This document shows, one piece after another, positions 29,594 through 39,030 of a DNA stretch of 64,000 bases; within the stretch, counting starts at the first letter, position 1; every line of letters begins with the position of its first letter. Location of the stretch: positions 2,144,001 through 2,208,000 of the forward strand of contig OY821645.1 of the NCBI GenBank assembly GCA_963682135.1. Direction: 5' to 3'. This DNA comes from Methanothrix sp. (GTDB lineage: Archaea; Halobacteriota; Methanosarcinia; Methanotrichales; Methanotrichaceae). The notes below the pieces were generated by a model, which had not been told where the DNA came from, ran no database searches, and worked only from the letters and a program-made list of their open reading frames with translations. The translations under genes and the position numbers were made by a program.

Positions 29594-30163
29594 TTATTGT
29601 ACTTTCAACTTTATCGATTTTCCTAATGGATGCCTTGTTATGGCGCACTCCTTTAGATCCTGGCGCAATCCCTTAACTTCTAAGACGATCTCTTTTCTGG
29701 CATTGTCAATTTTGTCTGCGATATTTTCCTGCGCCCTGGCAATTCGATCCAGCTTTCCATCCATTTTGTCAAGCTTGCTATCCATGCTGCCCAGGCGCGA
29801 ATTTGTCTCCTTGAAGCCGCCCTTTACTACGACAATCAACTCTTTGAGGAATACCGTGGCTGTGTCCATCCGGGAGTCCGTCTCCCTATCCCCCGAGATC
29901 TTGTAGAATTCATCCCAGGCACCTTTCGGCTCGGAGAGCTGCACCTGCATATCTTCCACCTTGATCAGGGGATCATCCATTCGAATAGCCCGGCAGAACC
30001 TCTCCAGATCCGCCTTCTCACCTTGCGCGACCACCAATACTCGTTCGTCTGCTAAGTTCTTCACATATCCTTTAAGATCCAGGGTCCTGGCCATGGTTAC
30101 CACTCTGGACCGGTAGCCCACATGCTGAACCCTTCCCGATACTATTGCCGTGAGTTGGAGCAT
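29594..30163 (-). CDS. Acylphosphatase domain plus C-terminal coiled coil
   Basis: SGRVQHVGYR...GYVKN (catalytic R and N present); heptad repeat MDSKLDKMDGKLD. Confidence 0.85.
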   Translation of the reverse strand: MLQLTAIVSGRVQHVGYRSRVVTMARTLDLKGYVKNLADERVLVVAQGEKADLERFCRAIRMDDPLIKVEDMQVQLSEPKGAWDEFYKISGDRETDSRMDTATVFLKELIVVVKGGFKETNSRLGSMDSKLDKMDGKLDRIARAQENIADKIDNARKEIVLEVKGLRQDLKECAITRHPLGKSIKLKVQ

Positions 30164-30182
30164 TCTCTTGGGACTTGCATCT

Positions 30183-30704
30183 CTATTTATTTAAGGATAG
30201 CTTTCTATGAACTTTCGGCAGCGACTTGCAGCTTTCAGGAACCAGCGCCTCTTCTCTGCCAAGTTCAATAGCATCTTCCTGCGCTTCCAGATCAAATCCT
30301 GCCCTTTTCAACTCATGATTGGGTGTGCATACCTCCCGATCCAACCTCTCCGTTTTTGCAGGCGCATTCCGTAAATGAAATTCTATCATCTCTGAAGCTT
30401 CCTTGTCCGGCTTTATCTGCTCCTCTTGCCTGGGAAGGATCTTTTGAAAATCAATAAATTCCCCTGTTGGCTCTCTGTAGTCGATCAGAATCTCTTTGAC
30501 CACAATTTTTGCGTTGTCTATGCGTATTGCCCTGACGAATCTCGCCAAATCTTCTTTAGGTCCTTCGGCAATAATGAATGCTTTGCCGTCAGGAAGAATC
30601 TCGATATATCCTTTGAGGTCAAGGGTGCCGGCTAGGGTTACAACTATAGAGCTGTATCCAACTCCTTCTATATTTCCCGATACATGAGCAATAAGTCGCT
30701 TCAT
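30183..30704 (-). CDS. Degenerate acylphosphatase-like protein with C-terminal extension
   Basis: SGNIEGVGYSS...GYIEILPDG; ATG overlaps the M50 stop. Confidence 0.75.
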   Translation of the reverse strand: MKRLIAHVSGNIEGVGYSSIVVTLAGTLDLKGYIEILPDGKAFIIAEGPKEDLARFVRAIRIDNAKIVVKEILIDYREPTGEFIDFQKILPRQEEQIKPDKEASEMIEFHLRNAPAKTERLDREVCTPNHELKRAGFDLEAQEDAIELGREEALVPESCKSLPKVHRKLSLNK

Positions 30705-31351
30705 ATGATTCCAAAATATACCGGCAGCGCCAGCAGAATTGTAGGCAAGCCTACCAGCAGCCACACCATGCGGTTGCTGTCAAAGATCTTCTTACCGTCC
30801 AGGGGACCGATGGGAAGCAAGTTAAAGGCCGCTAAGGTGAGGTTGATGAACAAGGCGAATTTGGCTGCCATAGCAGCCGTGCCGCTTGATGGCGCAAACA
30901 ATAGTGCGAGAAAAAAGAATGCAGTTAAGATGATGTTGGTCATGGGCCCTGCCAGGGATATCCAGAGCGTCTCCTTTTTTATCTCTCTTTTCAGCTCCTC
31001 CTGGCCGAAGGAATCTTGCATATAGAATTCTGCTGTTGCAGCGGGCTTGCTTATCATAACTGCACCAGGCGCCGCGAAGATGAATCCGGCAAATGACGCG
31101 GCTACCGCGAACAACAGCCCCATCTGGTTGGCTCTGTACTCTGCAAAGTAGCCAAAGTGCAGTGCTACGAACTTATGTGCCATCTCGTGCAGCAAAAAGC
31201 CGGTACCTACACCCACTGTGATGATGAGGATAGTCTCGAAATCGGGAATTCTCTTCCCGTTCATCAGCACGGAAAAGGCAACAACCAGTGCTGCCAGCGA
31301 CAAAAGCAGATCTCTCAGCTCGGTGGAGCTGATGCGGTCAGCAATGCTCAT
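30701..31351 (-). CDS. Site-2 protease family (M50) metallopeptidase
   Basis: LLHEMAHK, AGPMTN, FNLLPIGPLDG. Confidence 0.92.
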   Translation of the reverse strand: MSIADRISSTELRDLLLSLAALVVAFSVLMNGKRIPDFETILIITVGVGTGFLLHEMAHKFVALHFGYFAEYRANQMGLLFAVAASFAGFIFAAPGAVMISKPAATAEFYMQDSFGQEELKREIKKETLWISLAGPMTNIILTAFFFLALLFAPSSGTAAMAAKFALFINLTLAAFNLLPIGPLDGKKIFDSNRMVWLLVGLPTILLALPVYFGII

Positions 31352-31383
31352 GCAAAATGGTTGCACGTGCTGACTATATCTCT

Positions 31384-31536
31384 TTATCCGTGAGTCAGGT
31401 AACCTAGTACTACCGCCAGCACGAACAGTACGGCCAGAAAGGCAAGACCATGCCAGGGTTGTATAGGGCCGCCTTCTCGTTTGCGTTTAGGTCTATTCTT
31501 CAGGATCTCTTCAGTCATCTTTTCCTGCTGCTTCAT
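31384..31536 (-). CDS. 50-aa single-TM microprotein (not in the ORF track)
   Basis: Manual translation MKQQEKMTEEILKNRPKRKREGGPIQPWHGLAFLAVLFVLAVVLGYLTHG; fills the gap between two co-oriented genes. Confidence 0.6.
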   Translation of the reverse strand: MKQQEKMTEEILKNRPKRKREGGPIQPWHGLAFLAVLFVLAVVLGYLTHG

Positions 31537-31577
31537 GGCGTCGCTCTTTTCTATCAGATCAAATCACCAGCCTTCTC

Positions 31578-31823
31578 TTACGCTATGATGCTTTTTATCT
31601 TTTCTTTTAGCCTCTTCTCGTCCTCTTCAGTGACAGGAATCTTGGCGGACATTGCGCATCTCTGGGGCATGGGGATCAGCTCATCTTCCAAGAGGTCGTA
31701 GTAAGCCTCATCAAGGCTGATCTCGTCCCTCGCGTATCTTTCTAAGATGGCTCTTATCTTCTCTTGTTTTGCCTTGCCGAGAGTATCTATCTTTTCCAGG
31801 GCCTTTTCTATCTGTTTGTACAC
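31578..31823 (-). CDS. Small hypothetical protein
   Basis: 81-aa helical ORF, LIPMPQRC motif. Confidence 0.65.
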   Translation of the reverse strand: MYKQIEKALEKIDTLGKAKQEKIRAILERYARDEISLDEAYYDLLEDELIPMPQRCAMSAKIPVTEEDEKRLKEKIKSIIA

Positions 31824-31928
31824 ACTTTTTCACTATTGCGAAGATTCATATTTATGCCTTATCCGCTCTCGCTTGTCCAAAGATATTTTATAGAAATTAT
31901 GACAGAAGCCTGGTGGGGGAAAGACATT

Positions 31929-32654
31929 TTGGCAGATGTGATTGATTACAATTTATATGGAAACGATATGCAGATCGTGGAGATAGAGCTGGATGCAGAT
32001 GAAGGCGTAAGGGCAGAGGCAGGAGCCATGCTCTATATGGATGGCGGGATAGAGATGCAGACATCCTCTGGAGGCGGGCTCTTCAAAGGCTTCAAGAGGA
32101 TGCTCACCGGGGAGAGCTTCTTTATAACCACCTTCTTGAACAATGCAAAAGACCGAAGAAAGGTGGCCTTTGCTGCCCCCTTTCCTGGAAGGATCTTGCC
32201 CATAGACCTGGGCGCGTTTGGAGGCAGCATTCTGTGCCAGAAGGATTCCTTTCTCTGCGCTGCACGGGGCATTGAGATTGAGGTAGCTTTCACCAAGAAG
32301 CTGGGAGCCGGGCTTTTCGGGGGAGAGGGTTTCATATTGCAGAGGTTGCAGGGCAACGGTCTTGCTTTCATTCATGCTGGAGGGACCTTGCTCGAGAGGA
32401 ACCTACAATCTGGGGAGATTCTCATGGTTGACACCGGCTGCCTGTGCGCTCTCTCTCCTGGCGTGGATTATGATATCAAGTTCGTGGGGGGCTTCAAGAA
32501 CGCCCTGCTGGGTGGAGAAGGTGTCTTCCTGGCCCGGCTGGAGGGCCCGGGAAAGGTGTATCTGCAAAGCCTGCCCCTCTCCCGTCTAGCTGACAGGATC
32601 ATCGAGGCCGGCAGGATGATTCATGTGCAGGCAGGTGGCCAGCAGAAGAACTGA
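31929..32654 (+). CDS. AIM24/TIGR00266 family protein
   Basis: DMQIVEIEL, AEAGAM, GGEGFILQRL, GPGKVYLQSLP; TTG start inferred. Confidence 0.9.
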   Translation: MADVIDYNLYGNDMQIVEIELDADEGVRAEAGAMLYMDGGIEMQTSSGGGLFKGFKRMLTGESFFITTFLNNAKDRRKVAFAAPFPGRILPIDLGAFGGSILCQKDSFLCAARGIEIEVAFTKKLGAGLFGGEGFILQRLQGNGLAFIHAGGTLLERNLQSGEILMVDTGCLCALSPGVDYDIKFVGGFKNALLGGEGVFLARLEGPGKVYLQSLPLSRLADRIIEAGRMIHVQAGGQQKN

Positions 32655-33046
32655 GCATAGAGAAGGCATACTGGAGTTTTAGCTCTTCTATTTTTTAAGG
32701 TTGGCAGTCGCAGGATGGTCCGCTTGGCTCATGCTCGGATGGCATTGTTGTGAAAAATGCTTGTGCATGGAGACTATTATTTTGCTTTGCATGATACTGA
32801 TTAGCATAGTCGGCTCTCAGATAGTTTTATATAGAATCTCAACCCAAGAGACCATCGATGAAGCTAAGCACAACTGTCTACTGCATCACTTTAAAATCCG
32901 GTTTAGAACGGACCTTTTTCTAGCCCTGGCTTTAGATTATCCCTTTTGATTAATGCGCGAACATTAATATTATCGCAAAAAAGGGGCGGATGCTGTCGCA
33001 TCATGAATTGTGAATTATATATTATTAAGTTCGGAGGTGACTCGCT

Positions 33047-33715
33047 ATGATGAATCGCACAATGAAACTGCTCCTGCTCTCGGACATATTCGTTCTGACG
33101 GGATTTGGGCTGATCCAGCCCATACTTGCCATCTACATAAACGATGGTGGCGTGACAGGGGGGACGATGATCACCGCCGGCATGGCGAGTGCCCTCTTCA
33201 TGCTCATCAAGTCGGTGGTGCAACTGCCCTTCGGGCATTATGTGGACAGCCATGCCGGGAAAGAGAGGTGGCTGGTATTGGGGACGCTGCTCATGGCCAG
33301 CGTTCCTATAATCTATCTCTCGGCAAACAGCATCTACCAGATCTACCTGGCAGAGGCGATTTATGGACTGGGCAGCGGCCTGGCCTACCCCACCTGGCTT
33401 GGCCTGTGGTCTGTAAATCTGGACCCTGGCAGAGAGAGCTTCCAGTGGTCCATTTACCATACATCTACAGGCATGGGGACAGCGGCCACGGGAGCTGCCG
33501 GCGCAGCAGTGGCCAGCCAGATGGGCTTTTCCGCTACCTTCATGCTGGCCGGGTTGCTGTGTATTTTGGGATGCCTGGTCCTTTTGGTCCTGGAGCGCAG
33601 AAGTGCCAGGAAAGCGGAGGATTTGGGGGGTGAGGCCCGTTTCCGTAAAAGAGGGATGGGCATTTTCCTATCCCGGCTGGGGGACTTCGGGCAGAAGGCC
33701 CCCTGCTCTTGTTGA
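33047..33715 (+). CDS. Half-size (6-TM) MFS transporter
   Basis: PFGHYVDSHAGK (motif A-like), GLGSGLAYPTW; GGAGGTG RBS. Confidence 0.75.
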   Translation: MMNRTMKLLLLSDIFVLTGFGLIQPILAIYINDGGVTGGTMITAGMASALFMLIKSVVQLPFGHYVDSHAGKERWLVLGTLLMASVPIIYLSANSIYQIYLAEAIYGLGSGLAYPTWLGLWSVNLDPGRESFQWSIYHTSTGMGTAATGAAGAAVASQMGFSATFMLAGLLCILGCLVLLVLERRSARKAEDLGGEARFRKRGMGIFLSRLGDFGQKAPCSC

Positions 33716-33806
33716 CGCGAACCCTTTTTCTAAAATATTTAGGTATTCTTCTAATAACGCTGATATAGCGGATTTGCTATGCTAATTTGCTGTGAGGAAT
33801 AATCTT

Positions 33807-34286
33807 ATGCAAATGAAAAATGTGCTGATGGCCGGTCTTCTGGCCGCGACCATTCTTTGTGTGGGGGCGGCTCTTGCCCAGGATTTCGCGCCACAGACCG
33901 GGACCTTCATCAAAGGCGGCGAGATGAACGGCATGTGTCGGCTTGATATCATCAACATTGGGGCGAATGATGCAGTAGCATACCTTAGCACCATGCAAAA
34001 GAAGGTCGTAGCTGCCGTCTACATTCGCGGGGGAGACTTCTTCAATTTGACGGGAATCGATGCCGGTAGCTATGAGCTCTACTTCAAGCAGGGTCAGAGC
34101 TGGAGCAACAGTACGGGAAAATTCGCGACCAATGCCACGAGCAGCCGCATGGAGGAACCTCTCACCTTTGAGACTCAGAAGACGCCGGAAGGAGTCCGCT
34201 ATACCTGGGGGCAGGTCACACTGGAAGAGGTGCCCGACGGTAATGCGGTTGTAGTTCCTGTGAGTGAGGAAGATTTTCCGGTTTAG
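33807..34286 (+). CDS. Secreted hypothetical protein
   Basis: Signal peptide; YIRGG...GIDAGSYELYFKQG beta domain. Confidence 0.7.
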   Translation: MQMKNVLMAGLLAATILCVGAALAQDFAPQTGTFIKGGEMNGMCRLDIINIGANDAVAYLSTMQKKVVAAVYIRGGDFFNLTGIDAGSYELYFKQGQSWSNSTGKFATNATSSRMEEPLTFETQKTPEGVRYTWGQVTLEEVPDGNAVVVPVSEEDFPV

Positions 34287-34368
34287 TCGATGAGCTTATA
34301 ATCGATGAGAATGGGGCATTTTGGCCCCACCGCAGTTATTAATTTTTATATAAAACTAAAATTCAATA

Positions 34369-34824
34369 TCATACAATATCGCAGACGAAGAACATCTTTC
34401 CCGTATCTCGCATCTCTTTAATGGGAATGCCCAGCTTCAGGCTCTCAAGCTTCACATGATCGGGGTTAAATGGATCCAAGCCGCCAACTCCCGTCCCAAT
34501 CTTAAATGAACTTTGGATTTTGCTGGGGGATTGAGCGGATGACGCGCCTGCCGTAACCAATGGTGCGACTCCAGCCATCTCGCTGATATCAGCGACTACA
34601 TTCGATTGCCCATTTACAGTGCTTAGATTCTGAGCGTCCTGAATTTCTGCACCAAGATTCAATGCTGCATCTGCAGGATCAATTGCAATTGTGGTGTTAT
34701 TCAGAATAGTGCTATTCAAGGTGGTGTTGTTCGCGGTAGCATTGGTCTGCTGAGCCGTCACGGCAAATGTAGCCGTCATTGCCAGAACCAGGATGCTTGC
34801 TAGATATATAAACTGCTTATTCAT
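34369..34824 (-). CDS. Secreted Thr/Asn-rich protein
   Basis: Signal peptide, clustered N-x-T sequons. Confidence 0.7.
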   Translation of the reverse strand: MNKQFIYLASILVLAMTATFAVTAQQTNATANNTTLNSTILNNTTIAIDPADAALNLGAEIQDAQNLSTVNGQSNVVADISEMAGVAPLVTAGASSAQSPSKIQSSFKIGTGVGGLDPFNPDHVKLESLKLGIPIKEMRDTGKMFFVCDIV

Positions 34825-34934
34825 GGTCGTCCTCAGGCGGTGATAATTGCCTGGGAGGATATCAAATTAACCATCACCAAAAAATATCCTGGGACCTGCC
34901 CCAGGAATCTGCCAACAATTCCGATGCAGAGATT

Positions 34935-35540
34935 TCAAATCTTATTGACGAAAAACGGCAGAGCACTCAGGTCCATTATTGTCTCGGCGGGCAGGCCGAT
35001 CTCGTAAGCTCCTTGAGCCAGGGAGTTGCCGTTGATTGAGAACAGATTGGGAGTTCTTCCGGTGCCGCCAATGGCAAAGGTGGTCCTTTGGGGAGATCCG
35101 ATTTGCATCCCACTGGATTGCAGGGCCGGGGTGACGGGAAGCGTCTCTACTGCGGCAGTGGCGTTCTCAGAAGGAGTGGCCTTCGTAGCTGGTGCCGTCT
35201 CGTTCTGAGGGGCAATTACCTCGATTGGGACGATTGGCGTCTCATTCTGGGCAGGAATGGCCTCAGATGCCAAAGCTGGCATAATTTCAGTAGAAGCGGT
35301 CTCATTTAGAGCTGTCTCATTAACCATCTCGGTCGACAATACGGGAGCTTCGGTCACGCTTTCATTTGCCGCCGCAATTATAGGTTCGCTTGTAGTGGCA
35401 TTAAATGTGGTGTTATTCAGCAACGTTGTGTTGTTCATGCTGGCATTATTCAAGGCCGTCGTGCTCTCCTGAGCGGAGACTGCAAGTATAGCAGCTAACA
35501 CGAACAGGACGCCTGCAAATTGAATAGATCGCTTACTCAT
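34935..35540 (-). CDS. Secreted Thr/Ala/Glu-rich protein (paralog of 34369..34824)
   Basis: Signal peptide, NNTT sequons, duplicated PxQNET repeat. Confidence 0.7.
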   Translation of the reverse strand: MSKRSIQFAGVLFVLAAILAVSAQESTTALNNASMNNTTLLNNTTFNATTSEPIIAAANESVTEAPVLSTEMVNETALNETASTEIMPALASEAIPAQNETPIVPIEVIAPQNETAPATKATPSENATAAVETLPVTPALQSSGMQIGSPQRTTFAIGGTGRTPNLFSINGNSLAQGAYEIGLPAETIMDLSALPFFVNKI

Positions 35541-35583
35541 ATAATTCCTCACCTTGATGGCATAGCCTGGTAGTTTATCAATT

Positions 35584-36339
35584 CTATGCTCTCATTATAT
35601 TGCCATTATCCTCAGCCCGGTTACAGCTATCGGTGGTGACAAAGCCTCCATCCTTGCGCCTCATCTCGCAGACGAGCTTGCCGTCTACAATGCGCAGGAT
35701 GCGGTCCGTCTTCTCGGCAAGTGTCATGTCGTGCGTCACCAGGATGAAGGTCTGATTGATCTTTCGGTTCAGCTCCCGCAGCAGGTTATAGATGAGGTCG
35801 GAGCTTCTTGTGTCCAGGTTGCCGGTTAGCTCATCGCCGATCACTATGGACGGTCCATTGGCCAGAGCCCGGGCTACGGCGACGCGCTGGTTCTGGCCGC
35901 CGGAAAGCTGATTGGGACGGTTGTCCCGCCGATCTGCCAGGCCAACCGCAGTGAGGAGTTCCAGGGCTCTCTCTTTAGCGGCAGCTTTGTCTTTCTTGGC
36001 GATGAGCATGGGCATCATGACGTTCTCCAAAGCTGAGAACTCCGGGATGAGGTGATGGTACTGAAAGACGAAACCCAGCTCCTGGCTGCGAAGCCTTGCT
36101 CGCTCTTCTGGACTGGCCCGGCTGACATCTATCCCTTTGAGAAATATCTGGCCTCGGCTAGGTGTGTCCAAAAGGCCGATCATATTGAGCAGTGTGCTCT
36201 TTCCGCTACCGCTGGGGCCAACTATGGCCACGAACTCGCCCGCCTTGATCTTGACGCTTACACCGTCTAAGGCCCTTACCTCCACGCCGTTTCCATAGAT
36301 CTTGCTCAGATCTTTGAGCACAATTATGTCGTCACTCAC
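35584..36339 (-). CDS. ABC transporter ATP-binding protein (LolD/MacB-like)
   Basis: GPSGSGKST, LSGGQNQR, DELTGNLD, VTHD. Confidence 0.92.
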   Translation of the reverse strand: MSDDIIVLKDLSKIYGNGVEVRALDGVSVKIKAGEFVAIVGPSGSGKSTLLNMIGLLDTPSRGQIFLKGIDVSRASPEERARLRSQELGFVFQYHHLIPEFSALENVMMPMLIAKKDKAAAKERALELLTAVGLADRRDNRPNQLSGGQNQRVAVARALANGPSIVIGDELTGNLDTRSSDLIYNLLRELNRKINQTFILVTHDMTLAEKTDRILRIVDGKLVCEMRRKDGGFVTTDSCNRAEDNGNIMRA

Positions 36340-37059
36340 TTATTATCGTCTCCACGTACCGTCTTCACGCGATCAAGCCTCAGGCGGGCAGCATTGAGCA
36401 CATCTGTCTTGCAGCTCTCACTTATCTATCATCAGCATATTAATATCCTTAGGTGATATTTCGGTAACATTCTTATGAACAAGAAGAGGACGGATGCACT
36501 AAAAGGAGCCATGGTTATACGCTTTGGCGGATTTGCGGCCATATCAGCTGGGCTGCTCTATTTCTTGGGGCAGGACTACTGGCAGGGGTGGTTATATTGG
36601 GCAGTTCTTTTTGCACCAATGTCACTCGTGGTTCTCTATTTTCTGAATAAAGATCCTGAATTCCTGGAAAGGAGGACGAGATACAAGGAGAAAGAACCGG
36701 AACAAGCAACGATTATCATGGTCGGAGCTGCGATTCTTATTGCAGGGATCATTGTTATCGGTCTGGACCAGCATTATTCCTGGTCGGCAGTCCCTGCTGC
36801 GGCGTCAATTTCGGCAGATGCGCTCTCTCTTATTGGCTATTGCATAATATTTCTGGCCTTTAGGGAGAACAGTTATGCCTCGCGGACAATAGTTGTTGAA
36901 AAGAATCAGAGTGTGATCTCCAGCGGACCCTACGCCATAATCTGTCATCCGATGTATCTTGGCTATCTGATGATGATGCTGGCCATGCCAGTTGCTCTGG
37001 GGTCATGGGCAGGAGTTCCCATCTTTTCTCTGTACATACCGCTCATCATTGCCCGCATT

Positions 37060-38384
37060 GTGAACTACCGCGTCCTGAAGGGCGCGGCTTCCCACTTCAT
37101 CGCCAATACTTGCATCACGGTTATGTGATGTAGTGGTTTTGGTTCTATGGGCGCTACGGGCTGTTCCATCCCTGTGATGAGTATGTTCCTGGAAGCATTG
37201 TAGTCTCTGTCACATGAGAATCCGCAATAAGGGCACTCATGTACTCGTACCGACAAATCTTTCTTTACGATGCTTCCACAAGCTGAACACCTTTGAGTGG
37301 TGTTCCTGGGATCTACTTTTATCAGCTTTCGACCAGCACTTTGAGCCTTGTACGATAGCATGAATATGAACTTGGACCAGGATGCATCATGGATGCTGCG
37401 ATGCATACTATTATTATGGCCTTTCTCTTTCAGACCAATGACCTCAAGATCCTCAACGCAGATGATATCAAAGTTATTCACATAGGTCCGAGATAACTTA
37501 TGAAGGAAATCGTCTCGTTGGCAGTTGATTCTTTTATGCAGCTTAGCGATTTTATCCTTGAGGAACTTATAATTATTCGATCCCCTCACTGCTCTGGCTA
37601 GCTTTCGTTGCAGTCTTGCCAGTTTATCAGCAGATTGCTCGCCACATCTTGGATTCTCTATCTCATTGCCAACGGAATCAACCACAAAGGAAGTCAAACC
37701 GACATCCAGACCTACTGCTTCTCCAGTTTCCGGTAACTGCTGTGGTTCCTGATCGGCCTGGACTATGGCGAACCACCTCTGGCCTTCTCTCTTGATTATG
37801 ACAGCTTTGATGCAACCTTCGATCTTTCGATAGATCTTGATCCGCATATCTCCTATCTTGGATAGATGCAAAATGCTGTGATCTTGATCGACCTTGAATC
37901 CGGATTGGTTGTAATTCAGGGTATTGTACCAACCATACCCTTTGAAGCGAATATGACCGATCTTCCGACCGTTCTTCTTTGATGTCGAGAGTCCTTTGAT
38001 GTTAGACCAAAGAGTGTAATTCACCATCTGAAGAACTTTAGAGTAGACGAGATTCAGCTTCGGATTTATGAGCTTCAAAGAAGGAATCATGTTCTGAGAA
38101 TCATAGGTCTTGAGCTTGATGCCTTTTCGTTTTGCTTCATTCAGGTCTTGGAGAAGCCGATTATAGAGCCACCTGCAAGCATCCAAATTCTCCGCTAACT
38201 TCCATGCAGTGACCTTGTTAGGGAAGATGGGATACTTGTAGCTGATCATCATAAATACAGATATGCATACTTAATATTTATATTAGTTGAGGGCAGCGCG
38301 AAAGTAATCATGGCAAAGGACTCCGCTTTCATCCCCACCTTGAAGGATGGGGACTTCCCGCTCTGTCCTTCGCAATCCTACCAG
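37060..38384 (-). mobile_element. IS200/IS605-family, tnpB-only (IS1341-type) element, 1325 bp
   Basis: Subterminal hairpins ccgcgtcc-tgaa-gggcgcgg (37068-37087) and ccccacct-tgaa-ggatgggg (38333-38352); right end ...TCAC on the minus strand; inserted 3' of TTTAA; no TSD; excision restores the host ORF. Confidence 0.93.
37065..38252 (-). CDS. tnpB: RNA-guided endonuclease TnpB
   Basis: HTH (YKYPIFP..CRWLYN), RuvC GLDVG / VEDL / DRDYNAS, Zn finger CSACG..CPYCG. Confidence 0.95.
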   Translation of the reverse strand: MMISYKYPIFPNKVTAWKLAENLDACRWLYNRLLQDLNEAKRKGIKLKTYDSQNMIPSLKLINPKLNLVYSKVLQMVNYTLWSNIKGLSTSKKNGRKIGHIRFKGYGWYNTLNYNQSGFKVDQDHSILHLSKIGDMRIKIYRKIEGCIKAVIIKREGQRWFAIVQADQEPQQLPETGEAVGLDVGLTSFVVDSVGNEIENPRCGEQSADKLARLQRKLARAVRGSNNYKFLKDKIAKLHKRINCQRDDFLHKLSRTYVNNFDIICVEDLEVIGLKEKGHNNSMHRSIHDASWSKFIFMLSYKAQSAGRKLIKVDPRNTTQRCSACGSIVKKDLSVRVHECPYCGFSCDRDYNASRNILITGMEQPVAPIEPKPLHHITVMQVLAMKWEAAPFRTR

Positions 38385-38809
38385 TTAAATGAGGAGAAGG
38401 TTCTGGCGAGAGATTTGCCCGGCTATGCCGAGTATCGGCGCAGAATACGGTATCGCTTGATGCCGGGAATTTGGTGAGGCCAGCTCGGGCGGCTCTGGTT
38501 TTGCAATCGATGAGTCGAATGGTGTCGCGAGCAGCTGCAGGGCGGCGAAATCATCTGACTTTCAGTATCTAGCCGTGCTTAGGATCTGCATCTTCCATAC
38601 CGCAATCAGGATAACAAACAGGACGATGAGCATCTTAAGAGCTAAAAGATATTCATTTGCCCCAGCTATGTTGAAGCCTGAAAGGAAATCTCCTTCGATA
38701 CCTACTGTCGAAATGCTTTCACCCCTTGCAATATATGCTGTTCATGATGAAATCATTTTCGATCACATTAAATTCAATTCCTCCCACCGATACTGTGCTC
38801 GTAACCCCT

Positions 38810-39030
38810 TGCTTCCAGTCCCTCTGGCCGCACGGTGAAGACCAGCTCAAAGTCTCCGCCCGCGCTCATCACCAACTCCTGCGCCTTCTCCTGCCCCACC
38901 ATCTCTACCAGGCCTGCGGCCACCGGCAGCGCCTCCTCTCGCACCACAAAGCCCACCTGGCTGCACTGCGCCAGGTCGAGAGTGAGAGCGCCAGGCCGTC
39001 GCTGTTGTCCATCATGGTCGTGACCGCCCG
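38810..39030 (-). pseudogene. thiL: Thiamine-monophosphate kinase (ThiL) C-terminal fragment, frameshifted
   Basis: RAVTTMMDNSDGLALSL in one frame continues as DLAQCSQVGF...SAGGDFELVFTV in another; N-terminal half absent. Confidence 0.7.

Larger units (their letters stand above)
36475..38477 (+). pseudogene. Isoprenylcysteine carboxyl methyltransferase-family gene interrupted by an IS
   Basis: 5' part 36475-37059 (...GPYAIICHPMYLG...ARI) and 3' part 38385-38477 (LNEEKVLARDLPGYAEYRRRIRYRLMPGIW*) join in frame to give 225 aa. Confidence 0.92.

Noticed and set aside
36475-37128. 217-aa ORF as a complete gene
   Set aside because: Its last 22 codons come from the IS; the true C-terminus is at 38385-38477.
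37060-38384. Cas12f/CRISPR effector or IStron
   Set aside because: No CRISPR array or cas genes are nearby, and the roughly 130-bp leader is too short for a group I intron.
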